Part shown: piece after piece, positions 13,309 to 26,729 of the stretch | How positions within the stretch are numbered: position 1 is the first letter of the stretch | Layout: the number at the start of each line of letters is the position of its first letter | Source of the DNA: Owenia fusiformis | Taxonomy: Eukaryota | Length of the DNA stretch: 64,000 nucleotides | Direction: 5' to 3' | Assembly (NCBI GenBank): GCA_903813345.2 | Contig: CAIIXF020000001.1 | Coordinates: forward strand, 46,500,001-46,564,000 | Position numbers and translations under genes: made by a program | The notes under the pieces: model-generated | What the model was told of the DNA's origin: nothing | The model's input: only the letters and a program-made list of their open reading frames with translations | The model's database searches: none

Positions 13309-14289
13309 TTTTGATTTGCTTTAATACCCAGTCAGATCATATAGATGAAAATTGCTCTTGTTGTATCTGGCACTTATCATTGCCATACTCCAATAATTAA
13401 ACCACATGGCGGCTACTTTTTGGAACATCGAGATCTTATCAGAACTGTAAAATTGTCAGCTCAGGGAGTAATGATTCCTATTAGCCAATGGGTCTCAGGG
13501 TTGGAAAAAACTTTATCTATCTGCAAATCCTTCATTTAACAATCTGTAGATAACCTGACTTGCCTCTTCTGGCTTATACACTGTTATATCCAAAATGAAA
13601 ATGCCGAAAACCAGGTCACTAAACCTACAAGTAGCTGAGATTTACTTTCAAAATCTCATAAATACCACAAAAGGTACGTTTGACTTGATTAAGTTCTTAT
13701 CAGCAGCAATACTATTGAATAATTTATTGAAGTCGGAGGGTAATGATAAAGGCCCCATGTAAAGTTCGTAATTTAGACAAGCACTGCATCTTAGGTACAT
13801 CAAGATGCGAGGTTAGACTCCCATATTTCCAATTTTAAAGAAAAATTGGAAACTCAACAGATATAAATTATAGAACAATTTTAACATAGACACGCGTGAT
13901 AATAATGATAAAGGCCCCGTGTAAGGTTTGGAAATATGCTTTTATCACTCATTTACTACTTTTCATAGATTTAAAAGTCAGTTAAGAGAATTTTGAAAAA
14001 GAATTGTCAGCTTTTAATTTCCCTCCATTTTTCAAATAAAAGATTTTTTAATCATCAAATATTCCACTTTACAGTAAAAAAACACATTATCGTTTTGATA
14101 CCAATGTGAAGATTGAAAAATGACATCCAATTTCAATAATAAAATCTCATATCTAGTGTGCAACATAAATGTTTTAGCATATTGATGTCAGCATGATGTC
14201 ATTTAGGGTGCAAAGGTATTTGAAAAATGCAAAAACATTTTTCTATGTAAATCTTTTGTAAATATGTTAAACCACTTTTATGCATGGAT

Positions 14290-15303
14290 GAGTTGATATA
14301 TCCTGGTGGAATTACAATATATCAACTCGAGGGACCGAGGATAGATATATAAGGGTTATGTACTGGGAGGTTTTGGAAATTGGGTTTATCCAGAGGGAGA
14401 TATGCATATCTACCTGAGGGACCGTAGGGACCGAATGTAGATGTGCATATCTCACGAGGGATGAACCCAATATCCAAACCGACCGTGCATAACTGCTTTA
14501 TCCTATACCAAGTAGAGTGTTCAGTGAAATTACCGGAAGCGGGAAGATATGCACCGAAGCGGGAAGATATGCACCGAAGCGGGAGATGGAGGTTCTGGAT
14601 ATGGAAACCTCAAAATCAGAATACGGGATATATCTTACCAACTTATCTCCCTAAAACTCTACTTGGCATAGGATAAATTTATTTTTCGAGGTTTATACCC
14701 TGTATCCGATTTATCCTATACTGTTTACAGCGTTTGTATGATCCAATACACGAAAATGCACAGACGAAATTCCTGGGAATTGCGGAACAGAAGATACACC
14801 GGGAGATATTATATATCCCCCGCTCACCTCAGATATTAATTATTTCCTGCATGTCATTTACCTGTAACACTGCTAAGTAAGGATAAATTGATAGTCTCAT
14901 CATCGCTAGTCTAGCTACACGCCTTTGTGCCCCCCCCCCGCTACTACATACCTCCCCGCAGAGATGTGAGACGTTTTCATATCTGTGTAGTCCTACAGTA
15001 TAATGGGAGGAGGGTCATAGGGGTTCTAGCTAGACTACATCCTGATATCATTGCGTTCTTCAAATACTACCAATTGAATAAATACACTCCCCTTCATAAG
15101 TTTGGTCACCGAAAGGCCTTCGGATGAAATGTTAACTATTTGGTCATTTTCCGAACGCAGGGCTCCAGACATCGATCATCCACTATGTCCCTTCCTTCTT
15201 CCAAACAAAGAAGGAGATGAGAGTTCTGGAGGCCTGTGTTCGGAGGGTGGTATTTGATGAACCCAATATCCAAACCGACCGTGCATAACTGCTTTATCCT
15301 ATA
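14290..15303. mobile_element. Palindrome-rich repeat element (possibly Crypton-like) with an exact 48-bp direct repeat
   Basis: Hairpin 14357-14492 centred on GAGGGACCGTAGGGACCGA. GATGAACCC...TCCTATA identical at 14460-14507 and 15256-15303. Short tandem CCGAAGCGGGAAGATATGCA repeats at 14533-14585. Confidence 0.5.
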
Positions 15304-16484
15304 GTTTAACAATATACAGTTGTCATATTCCGGACCTCGTGTAATTGAGGGAAAATTAATATTCAAACATAAGCAGGCTTTGAGAAGATGTGTCCAAATT
15401 AAAGGGGATTTCCATATGTCATACTCCTTGAGGGGAGTGTAGATACGTTACATACAAATCAATATATTTTTAGCTACCAACTAGATTTTTGGCTTTTTGT
15501 AGGCTGTTTATTTGTACAGTGTATTTTTATATATTTGAGATGATTTTACGGCACAGTAATTGTACTATAATGTGTAGAATGGGCACATTTATTGAAATAA
15601 GTACCACGTATGTTTGTTTTGTTAATCATTTTGTGGTTAGTAAGATCCCACATTGGTTAGGTCAAATATTTAAAAAGTAATACATTTCAATGGTGAGGCT
15701 ATTTCAATTCTGATCTCGGCTTCATTAAATTAATCTCCAACACAAGGTATACGCATTAGGAAAACTGAAATCTTGACAAAGAAGCATAAAAGCACTTCTG
15801 AATTTCTTTTCTTGAATCCATCTGTAATAGTTTACCATCGATAGACTTTAGCAGAATCTCCTTGTCAAAAATAGGTCCAAATTGGAAGTAGTCTCTTTGT
15901 TGATTCACTTAAAATCCGAGCAATTTTTGAGCTTCGCTATTTACAGAAAATAACTGATATAGTCTATCGATGGCACAGATTAAAAATGATTATGAATTAA
16001 AAACATTTTGCGATAATAAGGATCAGGATGCCGACCTTTTAAAGCCAATAAACCCGAGGCCAATGAATTAATATCACTTATTCTGAGAGTCTATAATAAA
16101 ACTTTACCAAAAAGTATTTAACCGAGTAAAATATGATTTAGTATTTCCTAGAATTTCACGAATTCTTGGGATTTAGATAGCCACTAACTGTATACGTACA
16201 CAAAGTTACCTGTAGGGCAAGTATGTAAGCCAATAATTCATTATACTAGTAAGGGAAACGATAGTAAAATGTGTACTAAATGCACGAGAGTTTTATTACT
16301 GAAATTCTGGGCCTCGAGTACGGATGCAATCTTTTATAAAAGCATGTCGATGTCTCCCTTACAATGCTTATTTTATTATCCAAGGGAAGAATTGAGATAT
16401 CTTGTCAAAAACATAAAAGTTATTAAAGACTTAAGATGCAGAAATATCCGAATCCATTAGAATTGAAAAGGAGACGCAAAGCAT

Positions 16485-16658
16485 GTATACTCGAATGCAA
16501 GTTTCGACTGTCGGCTACCGGATTAACCTAGTATTTTATGTGCAACTCATTTAAATATGAATAGTACCTACCACCACTCCATTCATAATTAAATGAGTTG
16601 GTCATAAAATAGTAGGTTAGTCCGGTAGCGGACAGCCGAAAGTTGCATTCGCGAATAC
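16485..16658. repeat. Imperfect inverted repeat (~75-bp arms)
   Basis: CGAATGCAAGTTTCGACTGTC...CAACTCATTTAAATATGAAT / ATTCATAATTAAATGAGTTG...GACAGCCGAAAGTTGCATTCG. Confidence 0.8.
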
Positions 16659-19281
16659 AAGTAGTTACATTTTATAATGATTCCCATATAAGGGCTTGAA
16701 AAGTATTATCATAAAGTAAAGTCTGAACAATTGGACATTTCGGAAAATAGCTATGATATGGTACATGTACATAGAGGAAATACTCAGCTCGTCTGTTTTG
16801 TTTGTTGTCACCCTAAAGTCCTGGGAACAAATGCTTTCAAGTCCTTTAAACTCATGAATTCTGGATCGCTGCGTTTAGATGATTCATCTCCAGATGAACA
16901 AACAATCCATCGCCACACAAACCAATCCTAAATGTTTCAGAAATGTCATTTGCTCCCTTTGGAGGAAACTGGTTCTCCGTGCAAAGAACCAACTCCTGTA
17001 GGACCCGATCGTATCCCTTTTACAGCTATTTGTATTAATTTGTCCAATTAAATTAAACACAGTATTTTGGGTATTACTCTTGGGCTGTTTTTAAGTAAAT
17101 TAATTATTCGGTGGTAATCCTTGTAGAAAATAACGTACGTGAGGCTATTGGTAATTCGAATGGATAGTCATCTATAGGCTTGTATCGTCCCAGCCCCGGG
17201 GATTCCAATGGCTTGGATCTTCCTTTCTCCGGGGAAACCGTTCAGTGTGAACGTGTGTACTAATTAACCAGCAGCTAACAATTGCCAAATACTTGCATCG
17301 GGTTTCTGGAAATATTAATGACTTTAAATAGTAGTTTCTATGTACTTGTTAATACAGACTACAGAGTACAGCTGTAGACCGCTCCCGAGGTCAACTGGTA
17401 CAATTATATGCCGCAACGTTCCTTTAAAATTGATTGTTAAAAATAGACAACAAAGTAGCCGATATTTTTTATTCAATATTGCTTTATTAATTATTGCAAA
17501 CCAAAACTATTGACTTGATGCAGATTTGCAAAAATTAATAGCTTGACGATGCTCTCGCAAATACAAATCTCAAAGCCCAGGGGTTAGCGGAAGAAAGAAC
17601 TAAGGTCCTTGAGACACACGAATCAAAACAAATCAAAGTTTAGTAGTTTACAACTTACATTTATAAGGACTTTTCACGACATTATTATATGATTTCTGGT
17701 ATTTATTCAATTTGGTCATTTAATGATTCAATTAACATATTTGAAGTCTTGACAGGACGAAAGTTTGACTACTACAAGTATATTACTGAGCGTCTCTCAG
17801 AGTCAATATAAAGACAATGAAGTTCCAGAAATAGATTCGAATTTAAATTAATAATGACCAAGGCATGTTTTCATTAATTAAAGTTACTTAACAAGTCGGC
17901 AATGAGTATCTATCATTATATATATAGTTTATAGGCCCACGATCGATTCATATATCACTGTTTCATAAGGCTGTTTCATACAATCATATAATTGTATAAT
18001 GTTAAGATTCGCGTGCATGAGTGTTGAGAGCCCATGGTTTTACTTACAATAATTCTATTGAACTTAATAATAGCATTCTGTTCTGATATCCGGCCGATAC
18101 TCATCAGATCTTTTTGTTTTTCACTAAAAAACTACAAAAGGACATTTAATAGAGGGCCGTGACTTCTCTTGAAGATAATGAAGTGTTCTATGAGAATGTT
18201 CACACATAAAGACCTAAAACTCTACCATCTAGTATTAGTGAGTTATATAATAAAATAACGCAAACGCTATGCATGAAAGAAATGACGTGCCAACTAGCTA
18301 AGGATACGTGGACGTCCAAATGTGATCCATCCCCGGGAATTTCGTTTATGTTGCTGAGAAGAAGACTAGAAGAAAAAGAACTATGTGCTCGTCTGGCGAA
18401 AGAGAAAAAGTCTTGGGAACGCCTCAAATAAAAAAAATGAAAAAATGTTTTTTGACCGATTTCCTTACATTTTGTCATCAAACCATCTTGTTTAGTTTAT
18501 AAATGGCCCACATGCTTTAAAGAGAGAATCGGATATAGCGAGCAGGCTAAACAAAATATTGTTTCAATTTTAGAATACTTTTTGCTCATGTCATTCCTTG
18601 TCATGTCTATTTTCTAAAAATCACAAAAATGCATACTTTATTCCAGGAAAACTAAAGATTTTTACAATAATGTATTATTTTTCTATAAGAATGGTAAACC
18701 ATTCTTATTATTTGGGAGAATTTAAACATTTTTCACTCATTTTTGCACTTTGAATCATTAATAACTTCACCAATTTATAACATATTGTGAATCTTTTGGG
18801 AGATATTGTATTTGATATTGTAAGGAATAGGTAGGTCAAATATACATGTCGCTTGTAATTTTGTCACCCCCTATAGATCAGATTCTGCCTTTAAATTGCC
18901 AATTGCTATTTTTCAATCTAATGAAATCATTTTGCTTTTGCTGACATTGACAAAAGGATCACCTGGACACTTTGTTATTAGGATCCTCCTTTAGAAATGT
19001 TTTAATCGTATAATGAAAAACGATCATTCCTGAGTGTAAGACGTTCGCCCCTTTTGCAATACTAACAGCAACTTCGTATTAGATCATACAAGACTTCCAA
19101 CGAATTTCGTGCATAAGCATGAATCGACAATGTCATTGCATCATGTGCTGATTCATTTTGTTTGTGAATAAGCGTGAAAATTGTGTTAAAATCCCGTTTA
19201 AAATGTCTTGTAAAAACGAAATATGCCTATCATATTTTCTATCTTAAAAAGTCAGTAGTTTTGAATTGATCGTACAATACA

Positions 19282-19374
19282 TAGCCTTGCCCAAGTCGGT
19301 CTCTTTTACTTATCTTGATTTCTATTATTCAAGATCAGAATAAGTAAAAAAATACCGATTTTGGCAAGGCTATA
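19282..19374. mobile_element. Tiny hairpin MITE flanked by a 9-bp direct repeat, in the probable kinin 3' UTR
   Basis: TAGCCTTGCC...GGCAAGGCTA, with TACAATACA at 19273-19281 and 19375-19383. Confidence 0.6.
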
Positions 19375-19753
19375 TACAATACATTACCGGTCAAAAGTAT
19401 CGCAAATTGCCTTAATTTCTTATTTCAGTTTGTCCGACTTTACAGTTTCTTTGGGGAAAAATCATAGACCTCTCCATTCGATTGACTGTTAAAATTATAT
19501 GTTTCCATTTGGTCAACCTCCACTGCACACTCGGGATATACAACCTTACAGTAATTAAACTCTTTAAACTTCTACTGGTGATAATTCGGGTGATTTCGTA
19601 TAACTATAGCCTTATAGTTATACGAAAATCCAGAATCATCTCAGTTTTACTCACTAAACTTTTAGGATATGATTTTATTTTGTTTACCATTACATAATAC
19701 TATTTCATGATGTTGTTCATGATTCATGAGATATTATGAGTACTTACTTTGGA

Positions 19754-20743
19754 TTAGAGATCGTTTACTGCACCGGACATGTCGTCTTCATTTGTCATGT
19801 CCATGTAATCGATGTCATTGTCTCCATCTCTCTTTCCACCCCATGGCGCAAATGAAGCTCTTTTGCCACCCCAGGGTGCGAACGATGCGCGTTTGCCTCC
19901 CCACGGGGCGAACGATGCTCGTTTTCCACCCCATGGCGCAAACGCTGCTCTTTTGATATCGTCATCTTCCTCAACGGTGTTATCTGCACTTCGTTTCCCT
20001 CCCCATGGTGCGAATGATGCTCTCTTGCCGCCCCATGGTGCAAAAGCAGCCCGCTTTCCACCCCAAGGCGCGAATGACGCTCTTTTCTCTTCTTCTAGTT
20101 CACTCTCAGAAACATCACTTGTGCGTTTGCCTCCCCACGGAGCAAATGCTGCCCTTTTATCATTTTCGGTTTCACTGTTATCCGCTCTCTTGCCTCCCCA
20201 TGGAGCAAACGAAGCTCTTTTGCCACCCCATGGAGCAAACGAAGCTCGTTTTCCACCCCAAGGAGCGAACGAAGCTCGTTTTCCACCCCAAGGAGCAAAT
20301 GAAGCTCGTTTTCCGCCCCAAGGAGCGAATGAAGCTCTTTTCTCTTCGTCTGTCAAAGATTCATCATTCCTTTTGCCACCCCAAGGAGCAAATGAAGCTC
20401 GTTTTCCACCCCAAGGGGCGAATGAAGCTCGTTTTCCACCCCAAGGAGCAAATGAAGCGCGTTTCCCTCCCCATGGCGCAAACGAAGCACGTTTTCCACC
20501 CCACGGTGCAAATGATGCTCTTTTATCGCTATTCTCTTCGATGCTATCCTGATATGAGTCTGATTTCTCTTTGAGATATTCCTCAATTGTATCTAATTTG
20601 TCTTTTAAAGAAGTCCTTTCACTTGCTTTATTGTTTGTATGTTCTTTCGCTATTGCTTTAGTGTCCTTCGCGACCACAGCCGCGTGTAGCAAAGTCATTA
20701 CCCAACAAACCAGGAGCATCTCGATCGTGTAACACGACACCAT
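19754..20743 (-). CDS. Kinin/leucokinin-family neuropeptide precursor (15x ASFAPWGamide, 3x AAFAPWGamide)
   Basis: First ATG at 20743, 14 nt after a splice acceptor (ttttacttttcag; exon begins 20757). Hydrophobic signal peptide (MLLVCWVMTLLHAAVVA). 18 peptide units of the form KR-A(S/A)FAPWG-GKR, with acidic spacers. FxxWGamide is the kinin signature. Confidence 0.93.
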   Translation of the reverse strand: MVSCYTIEMLLVCWVMTLLHAAVVAKDTKAIAKEHTNNKASERTSLKDKLDTIEEYLKEKSDSYQDSIEENSDKRASFAPWGGKRASFAPWGGKRASFAPWGGKRASFAPWGGKRASFAPWGGKRNDESLTDEEKRASFAPWGGKRASFAPWGGKRASFAPWGGKRASFAPWGGKRASFAPWGGKRADNSETENDKRAAFAPWGGKRTSDVSESELEEEKRASFAPWGGKRAAFAPWGGKRASFAPWGGKRSADNTVEEDDDIKRAAFAPWGGKRASFAPWGGKRASFAPWGGKRASFAPWGGKRDGDNDIDYMDMTNEDDMSGAVNDL

Positions 20744-23700
20744 CACCAATCTTTAATCTGAAAAGTAAAATGAAATACCTTTATTGCAAACAACTCAGAA
20801 TATTTAGAATGCTTTCTAGTGTTAAAATAAACAACTTATTCTTCGTTGGATACTGCGCGCTCTCACCTTCCTTCTACCCGCTCTGCACACTGACGAACCA
20901 CTAACCTGTTAGCAGTAAGGACCGATAACTAATAGAGTGACTTATTAAAACTTTCTACTGCCTTGTAACTATATCACAATATGACGTATTTACCGACAAG
21001 AATCAATATCTTTGAGGTCCACAACTTCTTGTACTTGCAGAGCTCTTGTTTCCGTCGCAAACACGCTGGTTGAACATAGATGAAATTGATTGTGTTATAT
21101 CCCTTGATAACTAAATACACTACATTAGCATTGTCTAAAGAACATTTGAGTCTTTTGTATCCATTACATTTTCAAATTCTGGAATTTTATAAACACAAGT
21201 CAATCGAAGATTCAATTCTTATAAATGGAATCGAAGAACAAATAACAATTCAAAGCACTGCACAAGAAAAGTATAACTAAATAGACTTTGGGGAATACTA
21301 ATTGCCAACAACAAAAAACAAAAGCAGAACAACAACCATCATTTTTTGGATTCACTAGATAATAGATAATAACCCGAAAGTAGCCTATTGTTATTAAAAA
21401 GACTTTTGAATGCTAACATTTTAAAACCCTATTCACTTTTCACCAAATCGCGAATTCTTCATAAGTTCAAGAACATTATCAGGTCGTCGTTACGTACAAT
21501 TAAGAGCCTACCTCTGCCTTGAATTTAATGGAAACTAATGGGAAAAGGACGTGATGACTCACATTGTCACCACTTAAAATATCGACACATTTTCAAGAGT
21601 TAAAGTTAGACGTCGCATCCATGAATTACTTAGCATTGAAGCCCGGACCTTGTTTCCGAAGGGACTTCTATTTTTACTACACATGAGATCGTTTCAACAA
21701 TACCCCATCATGTATCATATTAGAGATCATTTAATTCCAACAGAGAAGGTCCCGTGAACGTTTACTGTTCTTTAGAACCACTCCCTATGAGCCAGGGCGT
21801 CTTAAATAATACATTGGCTTGCCTATTAGAGCATTGTTATCTTTAAGATAAGTAGACCATCCTAAGTTATTGATACCTTAGAGAACTCATACTTATTAGG
21901 ATGATCGATTAAATACTTTGGCTAGTTTTACATAATACAGATTCAATATGCACACTTTGAGTTTGAAATCTTCATCTCTATTAAGGTTCAAATCTTCACC
22001 ACTACTCACACCCTCGTTTCAAATACGAGTGAACAACTTTTCCCACCTAAGAATCTTCCATACCATGTACGTATATAAGATTTGAATCTTACATGCCACT
22101 ATACCCGCATTGAATTTCAAATCTTCAGTACTGTACTCTCCTTAAGAATCCAATATTCACCTGTCTGTCTACCTTAAGTGTGTGTCATATCTTCACCACT
22201 GTACAATACTCACCCCAAAGGGGCAATTTACATGCGTCATCCATGAAGTCACTGAAGCTATATTATTCGGAATAATTTTCAAGTTATTTGCGCAACCCGA
22301 TTTTGTTAATGAGAGTATTTGAGTGAGATCTTGGTTGTGCCATAATTGTTTTAACGACTTTCGGAAATTACCTTAAGAATCAAAAGCCATCCTCTTGTGT
22401 ATTTGAGTTCCTATCTTAAGTAGTCTTCAAGTTAATGCCAGATGACAGAAAGTATTATGGAACGATGTTTGTGATGCTAAAGAGGGACTGAATTGAAAAA
22501 TTGATAAGTACATTTTTATGATTAGAAATATTACACGTAAATCTCTTTATGCCAGGCTTTGATTGCCTCAAACGGACATGGTATTTCGGATTTTAAGAGC
22601 ATTAAAATTCTCCACCAACTGTCAATACAATTCCAGCGTTCTGTCAAAAGCGCTCAATTATTGAAATATTAGCCATGTAAAAGGTAGGAAAAGACGTAAA
22701 TGAAAGCATTTATTTAACAAATGAAAGATTTTGTCTTGCAGTTTTCTTAAACCCCTTCAATCTCAGTTAGCCGCTTCATCAACTCGAAAGTTAATAAGTC
22801 AGGTGAAAGAATCTATGAGCGAAAATCTTACTTGGCCTATATGCTTTATGGATGTCTAAGATTATCATTATATTCATATCTATACACCCCCGCATCTCTT
22901 TAGATTTTTGACACATTCTCATATGAACCACCATACAAACATAAGTTTAATTAGTGATGTTATATTGAACAAATTCATTTTTTGATTTCATGATGGGCTT
23001 TTTAGGTAAAATGTGCTTATATTTCCGATATTTTGTAAGTTCTATTCCATGCATTTCCATACATACCCCATACAAACAGCAGTTTGGAACGTTTCATTTG
23101 GTGCTGTTATTTTACCGGATATATCGATGGATCCAGTGTTGGTTTCTTAATTAAGTACTTTTATGGGTAACCCTTCTATATTGTTTTGTAATTTTTTCCT
23201 ACCCATTCCTTTAATTTTTTGACGCCACCTCTTGTAGCCCATGTAAATTATTTCCAATATTTTGACTGATATATTTATGGATTTTTTTAATTTGAATATT
23301 TTTAGTATTTAAGATGCTTCGTAGGCTGCCATAATGACGAGTCTTTACTGTTTTGTGGATTTGCTCTACGGATTCACATGAATCAAAATTGCATTTTTTG
23401 TTTTAATTTGTTTAAAAGTATCCCAAAATTCGCCACCCTACATAAAGAAACTACACAATCAATCTTTATCTCTTAAACCTGTGAGCAAATTGTACCATCT
23501 GAACTCCCCGTGTGATTGAAAACTGGGGGTGTAAGTATATTGACTTATTGTTGTATATCTTTCATGATATATCGTGCATGAAATATTGCATGTTATGTTT
23601 TGCAATGCGCTAAAACACCTGTGAGCCTCACTTTTTTATTATTATTTTATAGGCATAGCTTACTTTTACATCTACTGTTTATTGGAATCCACCCGTATCC

Positions 23701-24551
23701 CGTTCTTGTCTCAGTTTGTAATCATCATTAGCAAGTATAATAGTTTGTACAAGCTAGGAATATACTCTTCATGGCTCCTTTAAAGATGCCTTTATTGTTT
23801 TAGATGTTGACACACTGCTTTATGTTTCGTAGATCTCTAAGACAATGCGCCTTTAAGGGTCGTAAAAAGACAACTTAACAACAACCTAATTCAATTGGAA
23901 TTAGCCTTATACACTATGCCCCAATTATCACTGTTCACGTGACGTCAAAGTAACAAAATTGATGAATTGGCAGTGTTCGAGTTCGGTAAGATTTTTTGTT
24001 TTCTCGATACCTACTTATAAGTCAAGTTGCAGATCATTATTTGGCTCAAGAGAGTTTACCAAGAATATGTTTTCAAATAAAGCCGCAATTCCTATTTATT
24101 CCTTCGCTTTGTGATTGTGTTACATTGATTAAGTACATTTTCGTCCAAGGAGGATTGGCTCCCAGAGTGCAAGGTCGATATTCTGTCCCATATATGGACA
24201 TGTCGTGATTCACAATTCGAATTCAAACAGCCGCCATTTTGTTCACTTCAACATTTGAATCGTGAATTCTGGTCTTATTTCTAAACGAAAAATTCCAAAA
24301 CTCACAACAAAACTATTCGAATCTTGCGACTTAGTGTTATAAAAAAAGGTTGCAGACTTTAGGGTTAAGTCGAGAAAAACAAAAAATACTCTTACCTAAC
24401 TCAAACTTAGTAGTTATAGTTAGGGAACAGTGAATAATTAATTTCAATTATTAAGTTCATTGGTCTCTTGAACATCTAATGTACATCGAGATAAAAAAAA
24501 GTCCAATAAAGCAGATAACAAATAAAACATTAATTACAATCTAATTTTAAA

Positions 24552-24632
24552 AATCACTAATAACAATTTCAACAATCACTAATAACAATTTTAACAATCA
24601 CTAATAACAATTTTAACAATCACTAATAATAA
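24552..24632. repeat. 22-bp minisatellite, ~4 copies
   Basis: AATCACTAATAACAATTTTAAC at 24552, 24574, 24596 and 24618. Confidence 0.9.
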
Positions 24633-25102
24633 TGAAAGTCATTGTTCCGTCAATACTTTGAAGACACAGCAAATAACAGAGAACTGTAAAATGTCAGAAG
24701 CAAGGATTCCAATAATCTTGAAATCCTAAAATTGCATTATCTTCGATGAGAGATCCGATCAAATATGGAAGTATATTGACGATTTAGTAATTAGAACTCT
24801 CCGAATTTATTGAAAAACGAGACTCCATTTCTTAGAAAATTGCCAGAAAACCGACGACGATTTACTCGTAGGGGTCTAGACTTTCCAAACTTGAATCCGG
24901 CCTTATAAAATAAGATAATAACAAGGCTCCACAATTTGATCTATAATTATATACTAAACATTAAATATATTGAAATGTATAATTGACATTTTCAAAGAAA
25001 GAACAATGAAAAATGAGGGCTCGGTTCAATATATACATGTGGTCGTATATGTGAAATTATGTCATGATTACAACCATTTCAAACTAGTGGGCAAACAATC
25101 CA

Positions 25103-26436
25103 CACGGTCCACATCCCGCTCCGTATGATATGGTCCGTTCGTGTGCTAGAATACGATCCCTTCGTGAGACAAAGAGGCCAAAATTGACAAAATGTCAGGA
25201 AAAGGTAGGAAACGGAGCGAATTTCGATATTTTGTGAATGGTTAACTATAGGCAATATAATTACCTATGAATTCATGAAAAAAGCAAGAAAAAATAGCAA
25301 GGCTTCATAGGTGAAAATAGGTCGAACAAAGATTTGTTTTTGATTTTACTTTTGAACAAAGAGATGGTGGGAATAGACTGGAGATAACCTTTTCCATTCA
25401 GAGATCAATCTTGGCACTGGTGCATTAATTAGTCGTTCGTTTGATTTAACCAGTATTTTGAAAGAACACGAAAAGATGGAACTATTAACAGGACATGGTC
25501 GGAGTCCCCAGATTATCTTCACACGACTTGGCCGGATCCTAGCTGTGTGTCTGTGGTAAGATTTCAACCCCTAAACACTTGATTCTGCAATATAAGGGCC
25601 ATTCAACCCAAAGAAAAAACTGGTCTGTTTGGACGATTGGATAATTCATGAGAATAAGTGGGCTTTTGGATTGTGGATGTCGATGGTAGTTCATTTTTAT
25701 TTTCGTCTAAGTAAGTGTCCGTTTCATTCTGTATCGGCACTTTTAACGACATCTAGAAAAGATAAACAACCATAATATATTGATAACATATACAGCTATT
25801 GAGCTTTAATACACTGACTCTAGTGTAATAGATATATTAACTTCCATATTTCTAGCCTCATGGATTTAGTATGGTAACTTTAAAATATGTTCATGGTATT
25901 TATTGGTTCAAAACACGACAATATGGAGCTCAAAACACGGTAGGGTCGGAAATGAAACACGGTAGGATCGGAAGAGAAACGCGCGTGGCTCGGATCCATT
26001 CTAAATATTCAACCTGCAGAGTCGGATCCTCTTCTAATTTGCTTTTGACCATTTTAAAATCAGTATATACCAAGAAACATTTAACATGTTTAATTGGCGT
26101 GATTTCATCGTTCAATATATACAAAGGCTTCATTTGATTTACATAATATACCACAATGTGGTCTATTATGTAAATGATGATAAGGAAGCAGAAACTCACC
26201 CTCTCCGCATGTATGTCGTCGCCACAAATAAATCCAATGTTTTTGAGCATTCAAATACTTAGACAACTTTTTTCAGTTTAATATTCATATATTTATCAAT
26301 TTAAATCGCGCAGTATAAAATCAAAGAATACTCTAAAAATGTAACTCACCTCCGAATTTCCTCCCTATAGAGTCGGTATGGTCGGATCTTGTGCACATGA
26401 ACGGACCATATCATACGGAGCGGGATGTGGACCGTG
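25103..26436. mobile_element. Non-autonomous DNA transposon with CAC termini (Chapaev/Transib-like)
   Basis: Perfect 38-bp TIR CACGGTCCACATCCCGCTCCGTATGATATGGTCCGTTC at both ends. No clear TSD and no ORF. Confidence 0.75.
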
Positions 26437-26729
26437 AATGTATTTACGGAGAGAAATGACAACCAATTATATTTCCCAAATGAAAACCTTCAAATTACTA
26501 TAGCTGTCAGAAAGGACGGGTTCGTAATTGCATTCAGTCCATAGGCATATGCCATCACACATAAGAGAGTTAACTGACAATTCGTTGGACGCATTTTAAA
26601 TCCCAAAACGATGCAATTTGAATGTCAAATTTTGCATTTCGATTTTGCTCAACTACTAGTATACTTCATATGGCACAAACAAAAATTTCGAATAAGGTGT
26701 CACTTAGAATATTTGCTGGTTTTGTTTAT

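Noticed and set aside
19812..20574. Long antisense and alternative-frame ORFs over the kinin precursor (246 aa, 189 aa)
   Set aside because: Expected by-product of a 30-nt GC-rich coding repeat lacking stops in other frames; no independent features.
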